DNA of 64,000 nucleotides from Bacteroidales bacterium (GCA_017651185.1 JAGCDJ010000006.1:137766-201765); one strand, 5' to 3'. Positions 15,510 to 24,787 are shown, counted from the first letter of the stretch. Made by a program: numbers and translations. Notes: generated by a model from the letters alone, not told the origin.

Positions 15510-16541
15510 TCAGCTATTTTCAAAATTGTTTTCCTTTTCTTTAAATATATCATACACAGGAATATTAAGTGCCTCTGATAGTTCTGCCGTGATTTTTTCC
15601 GAATTCATTATGTATCCGCTTGGCGATGTGGGGTTTACGCAGACGGCAATGAGTTTTGTGCGTAGCAGAACCTTGATTTTGCCGCCTTTAGACAGGTAGG
15701 AGTAGAGCGATTCGGGGGTGACGAAAATCCTTGTAAAATCCTTGACAATCAATTTGGTGTTCTGAATTTCCTTCTGCATTCGCAAAAGGTTCAGAACCTT
15801 GTCGGTAACGATTCCACTGGCGAAAATGGTAGTGCCGAACTCAAAAAGCTTGTCCTTCTTGTTTTCGAGCAGGAGGGTTGAGTCGATGCCGAGGTCGTGG
15901 ATTTCTTCTTTATCGTCAATTGCCCAGATACCGCGCTCTGTTTCGACAAGTTTGTCGCTTACTGGCGATTTGTATTCCTCGATGTTTATCAGGTTATAGA
16001 CGAATTTTGTCTTGCGGATAAGTTCGTTTGCATCGTGCGAAACAGCAGCGCCTGTCGAAAGTATCATGCAGTCGGTAACGGATGGTGAGCCAAGTGATTT
16101 TCGCGACAAAGCACCATCGATAATTGTCAACTGGCTGCCGAAATCCTTCATTTCGCTAATTACATCCTTAATCCACATTGTGTTTGTCGGCCCTGAAAAT
16201 ATCAGTTTGCCACGCGATTTTGCCCTTGCTGTTACAAGTCGTCCAAGTGATGTGCTTTGCTTCGAAATGTTCAGTATTTCCGAGGTGATTCTGCGTGTAC
16301 GGTAGTGGTTTTCGGAGGTTGTGAACAATGTGTCGGGGTAAATCTCTATTTCGGGTTTGTGCGTTTTGGTAACTTGGTCAACGGTTTCACCATCGATGCC
16401 GATTGAGGTTATGGCTATTTTTGTTCCGCTGTCCTTGAGTCTACCTATTATATAATTGAGACACTCCGTCTTGCCGGTGTTCTTTTCCATTCCGACAATC
16501 GACAATGACTTGTGCTTCAATATTTCGCTGATAAACGGCAT
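15510..16541 (-). CDS. Uncharacterised P-loop-like protein (343 aa) downstream of the aminomutase gene
   Basis: The N-terminal 'SIVGMEKNTGKTECLNYI' resembles the BioD/CobQ-type 'GTxTxxGKT' loop. I could not assign the rest. Confidence 0.5.
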   Translation of the reverse strand: MPFISEILKHKSLSIVGMEKNTGKTECLNYIIGRLKDSGTKIAITSIGIDGETVDQVTKTHKPEIEIYPDTLFTTSENHYRTRRITSEILNISKQSTSLGRLVTARAKSRGKLIFSGPTNTMWIKDVISEMKDFGSQLTIIDGALSRKSLGSPSVTDCMILSTGAAVSHDANELIRKTKFVYNLINIEEYKSPVSDKLVETERGIWAIDDKEEIHDLGIDSTLLLENKKDKLFEFGTTIFASGIVTDKVLNLLRMQKEIQNTKLIVKDFTRIFVTPESLYSYLSKGGKIKVLLRTKLIAVCVNPTSPSGYIMNSEKITAELSEALNIPVYDIFKEKENNFENS

Positions 16542-16561
16542 CTGCTTAGGTTTGAATAAAT

Positions 16562-16584
16562 AAAGGCGTGATTAACACGCCTTT
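16562..16584 (-). terminator. Palindromic hairpin between the aminomutase gene and the next gene (weak terminator)
   Basis: AAAGGCGTG-ATTAA-CACGCCTTT is a perfect 9-bp stem. The flanks are only moderately U-rich. Confidence 0.35.
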
Positions 16585-16606
16585 ATTCAATCAGCATATT
16601 TCTGTT

Positions 16607-17851
16607 TTATTTCTTTACGTGACGTTCCTTACGAGCGAGGTTGCTTGGTTCGAGAGCCATCTGTTCGCCCTTCATCAGACGGAGAACGCCTTCTGGCTTA
16701 ATCTGTGCTTCCACGTTAGCAGGAGTCTGGTTGTCAACATAATCGGTTGGCTGCGAGTAGGTTGTGATAACGCCTTCGTAGTTGCGGAGGATAACCTTTG
16801 TCGGGCTTTCCGAAATGAGGTAGTTAGGCATTACAGGAATCTTTCCGCCGCCACCCGGTGCATCGACTACGAATGTAGGAACTGCATAGCCCGATGTATG
16901 TCCGCGAAGACCTTCAATGATTTCGATACCCTTTGAAACAGGTGTGCGGAAATGTTCGAGACCCATGGAGAGGTCGCACTGGTAGATGTAGTACGGACGA
17001 ACTCTCATCATAACGAGTTTGTGAACCAACTTCTTCATGATATCGACATTGTCGTTGATGCCACGGAGTAATACCGACTGGTTGCCCAGAGGAACACCTG
17101 CGTTTGCAAGACGAGCGCAAGCTGCTGCCGATTCTTCGGTAACTTCGTTCGGGTGGTTGAAGTGAGTGTTTAACCATATCGGGTGGTACTTCTTCAACAT
17201 TTCGCAGAGGTTGTCGGTAATACGCTGCGGGCATACAACCGGAGTTCTCGAGCCAATACGGATAATTTCTACGTGAGGTATTGCACGAAGTCTCTTGATG
17301 ATAGATTCGAGCATAGCGTCATCAACCATAAGAGCATCACCGCCCGACAAAAGAACGTCGCGAACCTGTGGGGTGCGTGCTACATAGTCGATAGCTGCCT
17401 GTATGCGTTCCGATGGCGACTGGCAGTCGTGCTGACCTGCGAATCTGCGGCGTGTGCAGTGGCGGCAGTACATCGAGCACATATCGGTGATAAGGAACAA
17501 AACTCTGTCGGGGTAACGGTGAGTAAGTCCCGGAACTGGAGAATCTTCGTCCTCGTGAAGCGGGTCGAGCAAATCTGCTGCTGACTGGTGAAGTTCTGCT
17601 GCTGTAGGTATAGCCTGCTTGCGAACAGGGTCGTTCGGGTCGTCGGGATTAATAAGGCTCAGGTAGTATGGAGTGATTGCCATACGGAGAGTCTTCAGTG
17701 ACTTTGCAACGCCTTCTTCCTCTTCGGGAGTCAGCTTCACATATTGTTTCAATTGTTCCAGAGTTTCAATTCTGTTTCTCACTTGCCATTTCCAGTCGTT
17801 CCATTCTGCATCGGTAACATTCGGAAACATTTCTTTTCTTCTGCTTGCCAT
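16607..17851 (-). CDS. kamA: Lysine 2,3-aminomutase family radical-SAM enzyme (KamA/AblA-like)
   Basis: '[12 protein letters not shown]' is the CxxxCxxC cluster, with 'LLSGGDAL'. The 414-aa length is typical of KamA rather than EpmB. Substrate specificity (lysine versus glutamate) was not resolved. Confidence 0.8.
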   Translation of the reverse strand: MASRRKEMFPNVTDAEWNDWKWQVRNRIETLEQLKQYVKLTPEEEEGVAKSLKTLRMAITPYYLSLINPDDPNDPVRKQAIPTAAELHQSAADLLDPLHEDEDSPVPGLTHRYPDRVLFLITDMCSMYCRHCTRRRFAGQHDCQSPSERIQAAIDYVARTPQVRDVLLSGGDALMVDDAMLESIIKRLRAIPHVEIIRIGSRTPVVCPQRITDNLCEMLKKYHPIWLNTHFNHPNEVTEESAAACARLANAGVPLGNQSVLLRGINDNVDIMKKLVHKLVMMRVRPYYIYQCDLSMGLEHFRTPVSKGIEIIEGLRGHTSGYAVPTFVVDAPGGGGKIPVMPNYLISESPTKVILRNYEGVITTYSQPTDYVDNQTPANVEAQIKPEGVLRLMKGEQMALEPSNLARKERHVKK

Positions 17852-17913
17852 ATATTTTACAGTCTAATTTTTAGAAAAAACATTTTTAAACAGCCAATTT
17901 TATTTGACGACTG

Positions 17914-17921
17914 CAAAGGTA
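17914..17921 (-). promoter_or_regulatory. Candidate -7 box (TACCTTTG on the minus strand) for kamA
   Basis: Plus-strand CAAAGGTA at 17914-17921, about 60 nt upstream of the ATG at 17851. Confidence 0.4.
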
Positions 17922-18026
17922 AATCTTTTTGCCGAATAATGCAAGGCGTTGTTCGTTTTTGTTGTTGCTATCTACTAATTGAAATTTCTTATATGGTTAA
18001 AACCCAAATGGTTATTATGAAAATCT

Positions 18027-18064
18027 ACAAATGACTGAAAAAATTTTCCACAAATGACTGAAAA
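18027..18064 (+). repeat. Direct repeat ACAAATGACTGAAAA, two copies with a 23-bp period
   Basis: Copies at 18027-18041 and 18050-18064, inside a 716-bp AT-rich intergenic region. Confidence 0.7.
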
Positions 18065-18567
18065 TTCAAAAATCGAAGTGGTAACATAAAGGTTATTAGT
18101 GCTTTATATGAGAAACTGCTCGGAATTTCCAGACAGTTTTTTTTGTGGATATAATTGACGAAAACGGAGTCCGCAAATATTTCCAATTCTCATTAAATTT
18201 GTTTCATAATATTTGCTATAATTAAAAAGCAATATGTTCTTGCTTTTGTTTTTCGGATAGTTTTTTGTGCTGTCAATTATTCTGTTTGTGGCGATAATAC
18301 GCAGAAAAAAAACGAATATGCAATAAAAAGTTATTAACAAATATTGCAAACGACATGTGTGTTTGTATGCAACTTATTGTGTATTAATGAATTACCCCCC
18401 CCTACGAAATGAAAAGTTTTTTATAAAAACAGCAATTGTTAAAAAATACTTAATTAGATTTGTTGTGCCGATATTTTAATGTTCTGTAAAACGGACTTCG
18501 CAGTATAGTAAAAATCGGTGGTAATGTTAAGAAATAGAAGTCCTAGAATGTATTAAAAATAAGGTTT

Positions 18568-19470
18568 ATGAAGTTTTTTAAGTTTTTTATGGTTTTGGCG
18601 GTCTGTTTGTCGCCGCTTTTTGCCAGTGCGCAAGATGTAATAACATTGAAGAGTGGCGATGAAATTCAGGCCAAGGTTACGGAAGTAGGGCAGACCGAAG
18701 TGAAGTACAAGCGTTTCGACAATCCCGATGGTCCTACATATACCGTTAACAAGAGCGATATTTTTATGGTGAAGTACCAGAACGGGCAGAAAGATGTTTT
18801 CAAGGACGAGCAGCCGGCACAAAATAACGTTTCTACTTCCAAGGAAAACGACGATGACGGAGAATTCTGGGAATCGCATTATTGGACGAATCAGCGAATT
18901 GCAGGCATTTCGCTGTTTGCCGATTTAGGCGGTTTTGGTTTCACTGGTCCACGGGCAGGACTGGAATTTAGATACCGCAGGTTTTGGGCAAATGCTTTTT
19001 ATAAATATGGTAGTATTGGCGCAATGAATTCTGTTTATCTGGACAGTTATCGAACCGATGATCCTCCTCAGGGTTTAAAAGGCAATGGCGTTGGGTTTAC
19101 TGTGAAATTTCTTTTCCCGTTTAAGAATTCAAATTCGGCAATGCATATTGGGGTTATCAATGAATGGGGTTTCTATTCTTGCTATTTTGATGGTTTTTAT
19201 GACGGCGAACAATTTCATCTGGATTGGGATGTAGATGTAGGAAGCACAGGTTTAGGCCTAGGATATAGTTACCATATAGACAAAGGTTTCTATTTTACTT
19301 TGGGAGGATACTTTGGCGTGTCTGTATTTAATAGGATTTATGAAAATGATTTTTATGATCCATATAGTAGAACAAACTTCCATGGTATAGGTTCTGACAA
19401 TTGGGTTGATTTCTTTGGCATTGCCGAAGTTACCCTTGGCTGGGAATTTTGCCTTTATCGCAAAAAGTAA
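18568..19470 (+). CDS. Secreted hypothetical protein (300 aa), possibly a beta-barrel or outer-membrane protein
   Basis: Signal peptide 'MKFFKFFMVLAVCLSPLFASAQ'. The C-terminal half is Gly/aromatic-rich with an alternating pattern. Confidence 0.6.
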   Translation: MKFFKFFMVLAVCLSPLFASAQDVITLKSGDEIQAKVTEVGQTEVKYKRFDNPDGPTYTVNKSDIFMVKYQNGQKDVFKDEQPAQNNVSTSKENDDDGEFWESHYWTNQRIAGISLFADLGGFGFTGPRAGLEFRYRRFWANAFYKYGSIGAMNSVYLDSYRTDDPPQGLKGNGVGFTVKFLFPFKNSNSAMHIGVINEWGFYSCYFDGFYDGEQFHLDWDVDVGSTGLGLGYSYHIDKGFYFTLGGYFGVSVFNRIYENDFYDPYSRTNFHGIGSDNWVDFFGIAEVTLGWEFCLYRKK

Positions 19471-19556
19471 ATTGGAGTAATCGCGTTTAATATAATGCAG
19501 TTTCGTTTCGGGGCTGCATTTTTTTGTCAACACGCATACATATAGGTTCCTTTGTT

Positions 19557-19677
19557 TACTTGTGATTTGAAACAAAAATCCGAAAAATATACTTGTGATT
19601 TGAAACAAAAATCCGAAAAATATACTTGTGATTTGGAACAAAATTTCTGAAAATATACTTGTGATTTGAAACAAATG
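19557..19677 (+). repeat. Tandem array of a 33-bp unit (TACTTGTGATTTGAAACAAAAATCCGAAAAATA), about 3.6 copies
   Basis: Copies begin at 19557, 19590, 19623 and 19656. The third is diverged and the fourth is partial. Confidence 0.85.
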
Positions 19678-19881
19678 TTGTGTATATGTATTTAGAATAC
19701 AACTAGTTATGCTTTTTTTTTGAAAAATCTTGTCAACTGCCTGAAATAATAGAAGTTATTGCCAAATGTGCCTAAATATCTTTTTTCCATTTGGATGCTG
19801 TTCTTGTTAAGGGTTTCTTCGATAATTTTTTGTCGTTCAATTTTAAATTCATACCTTTGTCAAGTTGTTAATAATTGGATA

Positions 19882-20268
19882 ATGAAAAACAATAGGACAT
19901 ACAAATGGGTGCGTGGGCTTCTTGCCGCATCTGCTTTTACTTCGGTGATGTTCATAATGCAGGCATGCTACGGAACTCCAAACTATCGCAACGAAGAAAG
20001 TTTCAGTTATGAGGTAAAAATGTCGGGAATGGTTACAGATAGCGCTTCGGCTCAGCCGTTGCCTGGAATAAATGTATCTACCGACATCTCTGATGAAGTT
20101 GCAGTTTCTGACGAAAACGGACAGTTCTGCTTGTCTTTTATGGTATATAGTGATGACGATGAAGGATTTAAACTAAATTTTTCTGATTCCCTCGACCGTT
20201 ACGCACCGCTCGATACGCTAATTGTTTCCGATTTTTCCGATATTAACATCTCGCTTGCTGCAAAGTAG
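19882..20268 (+). CDS. Putative lipoprotein with a carboxypeptidase-regulatory-like fold, partner of the radical-SAM/SPASM gene
   Basis: I place the start at the in-frame ATG at 19882 ('MKNNRTYKWVRGLLAASAFTSVMFIMQAC', which has a lipobox-like Cys). 'GMVTDSASAQPLPGINVS' follows. It ends 2 nt before the next gene. Confidence 0.6.
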   Translation: MKNNRTYKWVRGLLAASAFTSVMFIMQACYGTPNYRNEESFSYEVKMSGMVTDSASAQPLPGINVSTDISDEVAVSDENGQFCLSFMVYSDDDEGFKLNFSDSLDRYAPLDTLIVSDFSDINISLAAK

Positions 20269-20270
20269 CT

Positions 20271-21317
20271 ATGCTTCAGGCATTTCATAACTATTTCCGG
20301 AAAAAGGAAACCCAGCTTCACGAACTTAACTACCTTTTTTGGGAGTGCACGCAGCGTTGCAATTTGAATTGTCGGCATTGCGGTTCCGACTGCATGGCTT
20401 CGTCGTTGTTGCCCGATATGCCTTTCATTGATTTTCTGAGAGCAATTGAACCCGTGGAAAAGCGCTATCCAAGAAATTCTGTATTTGTCGTTATAACTGG
20501 TGGCGAACCTTTGTTGCGAAACGACCTTGCCGAATGCGGACGTGAGTTGCGCCGACACGGTTTTCTATGGAGTATTGTCACTAATGGCTATGCCTACGAT
20601 GCCGCAATGCATCGCAAACTTATGTTGGCAGGAATGTCTAGTATAACTGTCAGTCTTGACGGTTTGCGCGAAACTCATGATGCTTTTCGCAAGCGTGTTG
20701 GTAGTTTCGACCGGGCAATGAACGCCATAGACTTGATTGCCAATGAAAAAAACTTGCCGACCTACGACATTGTCACCTGCGTAAACCCGATGAATTTAAG
20801 TCAGTTGGGCGAGATGAAGCAGATGCTGATTGAGCATAAGGTGAAGGCGTGGCGTTTCTTTACTATTGCGCCTATTGGCAGGGCTGCTATGGACGATGGC
20901 TTGAGGCTAGATGGCTCTCAGTTGAAGCAACTTATGGACTTTATAGTTGCCACGCGCAAGGAGGGGAGGATTGATGCAAAGTTCAGTTGCGAGGCCTATC
21001 TTGGAAAGTACGACCGCAAGGTTCGCGACTGGCATTATTTCTGTCGTGCCGGCATAAACATCGGTTCGGTGCTTGCCGACGGTTCTATTTCCGCTTGTCC
21101 AAATATTGACCGTAGGTTTGCGCAGGGCAACATTTATTCCGACAATCTTATTGATGTGTGGGATAACAAATTCGAAAAGTTCCGCAATAGGGAGTGGGCA
21201 AGGTGTGGTGTTTGTGCTAATTGCCGTGAGTTTAAGAATTGCTTGGGTGGTGCAATGCATTTGCACACTGTCGATTCTGGTGAAATCATGGAATGCCATT
21301 GGAGGAAGTTGATTTAG
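20271..21317 (+). CDS. Radical SAM/SPASM-domain protein
   Basis: 'CTQRCNLNCRHCG' (CxxxCxxC), with a C-terminal Cys-rich SPASM region 'CRAGINIGSVLADGSISACPN...CGVCANCREFKNCLGG'. Confidence 0.85.
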   Translation: MLQAFHNYFRKKETQLHELNYLFWECTQRCNLNCRHCGSDCMASSLLPDMPFIDFLRAIEPVEKRYPRNSVFVVITGGEPLLRNDLAECGRELRRHGFLWSIVTNGYAYDAAMHRKLMLAGMSSITVSLDGLRETHDAFRKRVGSFDRAMNAIDLIANEKNLPTYDIVTCVNPMNLSQLGEMKQMLIEHKVKAWRFFTIAPIGRAAMDDGLRLDGSQLKQLMDFIVATRKEGRIDAKFSCEAYLGKYDRKVRDWHYFCRAGINIGSVLADGSISACPNIDRRFAQGNIYSDNLIDVWDNKFEKFRNREWARCGVCANCREFKNCLGGAMHLHTVDSGEIMECHWRKLI

Positions 21318-22609
21318 CAACGTTCTACCACATTTTTCCTGTATCTTATCCACATTAGTCCGCCACGGAAAACAAGGAATATGAGGAATGCAACCCAAAG
21401 TCCATCGTTGCCGAAAATAGGTTGCAAAATGAAATATCCTGCAAAAAATACCGATGTGGCTACGAACATTATGTTACGCATTGATTTTGCTGCGGTTGCA
21501 CCAATGTAAATCCCGTCGAAAAGGAATGCCGAGAATCCGCATAGCGGTATCAGCAGTGTCCAGCGGTTGAAATTCATGGCTTCACCAACGACATTGCTGT
21601 CGCTTGTGAGTATGTAGTAGATGTCTTCGCTCCAGAAGAAGTAAATTATTGTAAATAACGCTGTGAATATCAGTCCCCAATAGACTAAATACCTTATTGC
21701 TTTTTGCAGAGGTTCGCGTTTTTTCGCTCCAATGTATTTTCCTACAAGTGATTCGCCTGCGTATGCAAATCCATCGAGAATGTAAGAAAATAGTGTGAAC
21801 AATTGCATTATCAGAGTGTTGGCAGCGAGTGTAAGGTCACCCATGTTGGCCGAAATGGCAGGAATGAAAGTAAATACAGCGCAGAGACACAATGTTCGCA
21901 GGAATATGTCACCGTTGAGCTTGAAAAAGCGTTTCATCTCGGCTTTGTGCAAGCTTCCGCGAATGTCTATGAGATGACGCATGTCGCCGTAGTGCTTGAA
22001 CCACAAGATTATAGCTAATGCAAGTCCTGAATATTGTGCTATAACAGTTCCCAGTGCTACGCCAACAATGTCCATTTTTAACCAGATGACGAAAGCAAGG
22101 CTGGCAATTATGTTGACAATATTCAGCACAATGGCAACAGTCATTGGTGATTTTGAGTTTTGCATTCCAATGAACCAGCCCTTCAGTGCATATAGACCGA
22201 GCGTTGCAGGTGCTGCCCAGATTCGTACATAAAAGTATGATAGTGTGAGATTTAGAGTTTCGTCACTGCAATTTAGGATTAGTCCCGAAAGTTTTGCAAT
22301 AGGATATTGCAGTGCGATTAATATTGCTGCGGCACAAAGAGCGATTGTAAGTCCGCGCACCAGAATCTTCATGGCTTCGTCCTTGTCGCCAGCGCCGTAT
22401 GCTTGTGCGGCAAGTCCGCTTGTGCCCATGCGCAAGAACCCAAAGTTCCAGTATATCAGGTTGAAAAGTGCTGTGCCAAGAGCAATTGCGCCAATGTAGG
22501 TTTCGTTGCCAATGTGTCCGACAATAGCCAAATCTACCATTCCGAGCAGCGGAACGGTGATGTTGGTTATTATGTTTGGCAGGGCGAGCCTGAGGATTTC
22601 CTTGTTCAC
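21314..22609 (-). CDS. MATE-family efflux transporter
   Basis: 'LALPNIITNITVPLLGMVDLAIVGHIG', about 12 TM segments, 431 aa. Confidence 0.85.
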   Translation of the reverse strand: MNKEILRLALPNIITNITVPLLGMVDLAIVGHIGNETYIGAIALGTALFNLIYWNFGFLRMGTSGLAAQAYGAGDKDEAMKILVRGLTIALCAAAILIALQYPIAKLSGLILNCSDETLNLTLSYFYVRIWAAPATLGLYALKGWFIGMQNSKSPMTVAIVLNIVNIIASLAFVIWLKMDIVGVALGTVIAQYSGLALAIILWFKHYGDMRHLIDIRGSLHKAEMKRFFKLNGDIFLRTLCLCAVFTFIPAISANMGDLTLAANTLIMQLFTLFSYILDGFAYAGESLVGKYIGAKKREPLQKAIRYLVYWGLIFTALFTIIYFFWSEDIYYILTSDSNVVGEAMNFNRWTLLIPLCGFSAFLFDGIYIGATAAKSMRNIMFVATSVFFAGYFILQPIFGNDGLWVAFLIFLVFRGGLMWIRYRKNVVERC

Positions 22610-22610
22610 C

Positions 22611-23255
22611 TTAGATCAGTTCAACTAGCTTGTCGGCGGCTTTCTTTATTCCCATCCAAATTTGTGAAATAGAAGCATCGAGCATATAGCATGGTGCTGT
22701 TATTACGCGCTTTTCGGCATCGTAGGCAATTTCATCGAAGTTGCAAACGGTATTTTTTCCGCCCATTGCTTCAATTTTTGATGCTGTACCAGCGTCTTTT
22801 CCTGATGTTACATTTGCTCCGAGGACTTTTGCAATAATCACAGGTGCTATGCAGAGTGCAACTATCGGCTTTCCAGCCTTGTTGAATGCCTTTATTGCGG
22901 ATTCTACATCGGAATCAACCTTCATGTTAGCACCTTCGTAGAAGTAGGAGCAGAGGTTTTTTGCAGCACCAAGTCCGCCAGGAATCCATAGTGCATCGAA
23001 GTCGGCAACGTTAATTTCATCAATAGGTTTTATGTTACCGCGTGCTATGCGAGCACCTTCGACAAGCATGTTCCTTTTTTCAGAATCTTGGACTTGTGTG
23101 AAGTGGTTTACGACTTCGGTTTGATTCTTGTTCGGTGCAAAGCATTGGTATTTAAGACCATTCATGTCGATTGCCAACAACGATAATGTTGCTTCGTGGA
23201 TTTCGCTGCCATCGCGGCTTCCACATCCCGATAGTATAACTGCGATTTTTTTCAT
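22611..23255 (-). CDS. elbB: Isoprenoid-biosynthesis glyoxalase ElbB (DJ-1/PfpI family)
   Basis: 'MKKIAVILSGCGSRDGSEIHEATL'. I place the start at the second Met (23255), because a -7 box lies at 23280-23287, inside the longer ORF. Confidence 0.85.
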   Translation of the reverse strand: MKKIAVILSGCGSRDGSEIHEATLSLLAIDMNGLKYQCFAPNKNQTEVVNHFTQVQDSEKRNMLVEGARIARGNIKPIDEINVADFDALWIPGGLGAAKNLCSYFYEGANMKVDSDVESAIKAFNKAGKPIVALCIAPVIIAKVLGANVTSGKDAGTASKIEAMGGKNTVCNFDEIAYDAEKRVITAPCYMLDASISQIWMGIKKAADKLVELI

Positions 23256-23279
23256 ATTCGTTTGTTTGAAATTTCGTTG

Positions 23280-23287
23280 CAAAGGTA
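23280..23287 (-). promoter_or_regulatory. Candidate -7 box (TACCTTTG on the minus strand) for elbB
   Basis: Plus-strand CAAAGGTA, 25 nt upstream of the ATG at 23255. Confidence 0.45.
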
Positions 23288-23327
23288 CAATAATATTGGG
23301 TATTTACGAATGTTTTTATTGAACCGA

Positions 23328-23341
23328 CGCAATGCATTGCG
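23328..23341. repeat. Perfect 14-nt palindrome CGCAATGCATTGCG, related to the REP-like core at 10652-10671
   Basis: Shares the GCAATGCATTGCG core with the pcp terminator element. It lies just downstream of the stop of gene 23348..24787. Confidence 0.4.
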
Positions 23342-23347
23342 CTGCTA

Positions 23348-24787
23348 CTAGTCCATTGTCCTTTCTATACCTAATTCCCTGTGTTTCAGGATAACTTTTA
23401 CTCCGTACTTTTCGTGTATGTACTTTGCTATGTTTTCGGCAGAATAGACGCTTCGGTGTTGACCGCCTGTACAACCAAAGCAAATCATCAGACTGGTGAA
23501 GCCTCGGCTAATGTAATTCTCTATGGTTGGCGAAATTACTGCTTTGATGTTCTCGATGAATACATCAATGTCGCCGTGCTTCTTGAAAAAGTCGATTACT
23601 GGCTGGTCGAGGCCTGTTATTTTTTTGTATTCCTCGTAGCGACCAGGATTGTGGTTGCCTCGGCAGTCGAAGATGAATCCTCCGCCATTTTCTGTCTTAT
23701 CTTCAGGAAGTCCGTTCTTGAAACCGAAACTCATTACATTGATTGTGAGTTCGTTGTATTTTACATATTCGAACCTTTGTTTGCACTTAACCACTTCGGA
23801 TATTACTCTGTCGAGTTCCTTGTATTCGCCAAGTATAGGATGTGTTTCGTGCAGTTCCTTCAGGTTGTCGATGGCAAATGGTATGCTTTCGATAAAGTGG
23901 CGTTTCTTTTCAATTAGACCGCGATTTCCGTATGCACCAAGTGTTTGAAGGATACGTACATACAGGTAGAACCAGAATTCTCGTTCAAAATCTGTCTTGT
24001 CGATTTCGGTATTCTTGGCAACCTCGTCAATGTAGAATTTCAGCAGTTCCAACTTCTTGTCGTTTGGAATTTTTGCCTTTGCTTGCCATAGCAGCGATGC
24101 CATGTCGTATTGTATTGCGCCTTTGCGTCCGCCTTGGTAGTCAATGAAATATACTTGTTCTCTCTTGACAAGGATATTTCGTGCCTGGAAGTCACGGAAC
24201 ATGAATGCTTTGGTTCCGTTTTCGGCGAGGTGTGCAGCAAGTGCGTCGAAGTCGTCCTGAAGAAGTTTCTCATCGTATGGAACATCGAGGCGGTTCAGGA
24301 AATAGTACTTGAAATAGTTGAGGTCAAACAGAATGCTCTGGGTGTTGAATTCCGAAATGGAGTATGCCAAACTGAAATCAATGGCTTTGCCCGCAGCAAT
24401 CTGCAGTTTCACCAATGAACTTATGCTCTTGCGGTAAAGTTCGTCAAGATGATCGGTAAACTTGCCGTATTGCTTGTATTCGCGTTCTACAATGTTCAGC
24501 AACAGATCGTCTCCAAAATCCTCGATAAAGTAGGAGAGTGTATCCTCGCTAACATGGTAAATCTTTGGCGTATTTAGGTTTAGATTGCTGAAAATTACGC
24601 TGTAGTACAGGAATGTTTTTGTCTCGGGAATGTTGTTGCTGTAAACACCGAGTACGGTTTCTCCGTTTTTATCGTAGAATCTGTAGTAACTTCTGTTTGA
24701 TCCTGCTTTTGTTATTGCTTCAACTTTTGTCGGTTCTGCCTTGTAGAACTCTGTGTATCTTTTGGTTAGTGTTTCTTGAATTGTCAT
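23348..24787 (-). CDS. Fusion protein with an N-terminal APH/choline-kinase-like phosphotransferase and a C-terminal RapZ-like domain
   Basis: The kinase-like part has 'FRDFQARNILV' and 'FIDYQGGRKG'. The C-terminal part has 'VMSFGFKNGLPED...FDCRGNHNPGRY...ICFGCTGGQHRSV', matching the RapZ C-terminal domain signature. Confidence 0.7.
   Translation of the reverse strand: MTIQETLTKRYTEFYKAEPTKVEAITKAGSNRSYYRFYDKNGETVLGVYSNNIPETKTFLYYSVIFSNLNLNTPKIYHVSEDTLSYFIEDFGDDLLLNIVEREYKQYGKFTDHLDELYRKSISSLVKLQIAAGKAIDFSLAYSISEFNTQSILFDLNYFKYYFLNRLDVPYDEKLLQDDFDALAAHLAENGTKAFMFRDFQARNILVKREQVYFIDYQGGRKGAIQYDMASLLWQAKAKIPNDKKLELLKFYIDEVAKNTEIDKTDFEREFWFYLYVRILQTLGAYGNRGLIEKKRHFIESIPFAIDNLKELHETHPILGEYKELDRVISEVVKCKQRFEYVKYNELTINVMSFGFKNGLPEDKTENGGGFIFDCRGNHNPGRYEEYKKITGLDQPVIDFFKKHGDIDVFIENIKAVISPTIENYISRGFTSLMICFGCTGGQHRSVYSAENIAKYIHEKYGVKVILKHRELGIERTMD

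Noticed and set aside
15445-15699. Short ORFs lying on the stutter spacers (15445..15699, 24922..25152, 50148..50486, 15068..15316)
   Set aside because: They are produced by low-complexity repeats ('FNFSTFTFQLSTFTFHFSTF', 'WLRRFKVSMP' twice) and overlap real genes on the other strand.
18104-18349. 81-aa minus-strand ORF in the long kamA upstream gap
   Set aside because: It has an AT-rich, Ile/Phe/Asn/Lys-biased translation with no start context or motif. It is kept only as part of the unexplained intergenic region.
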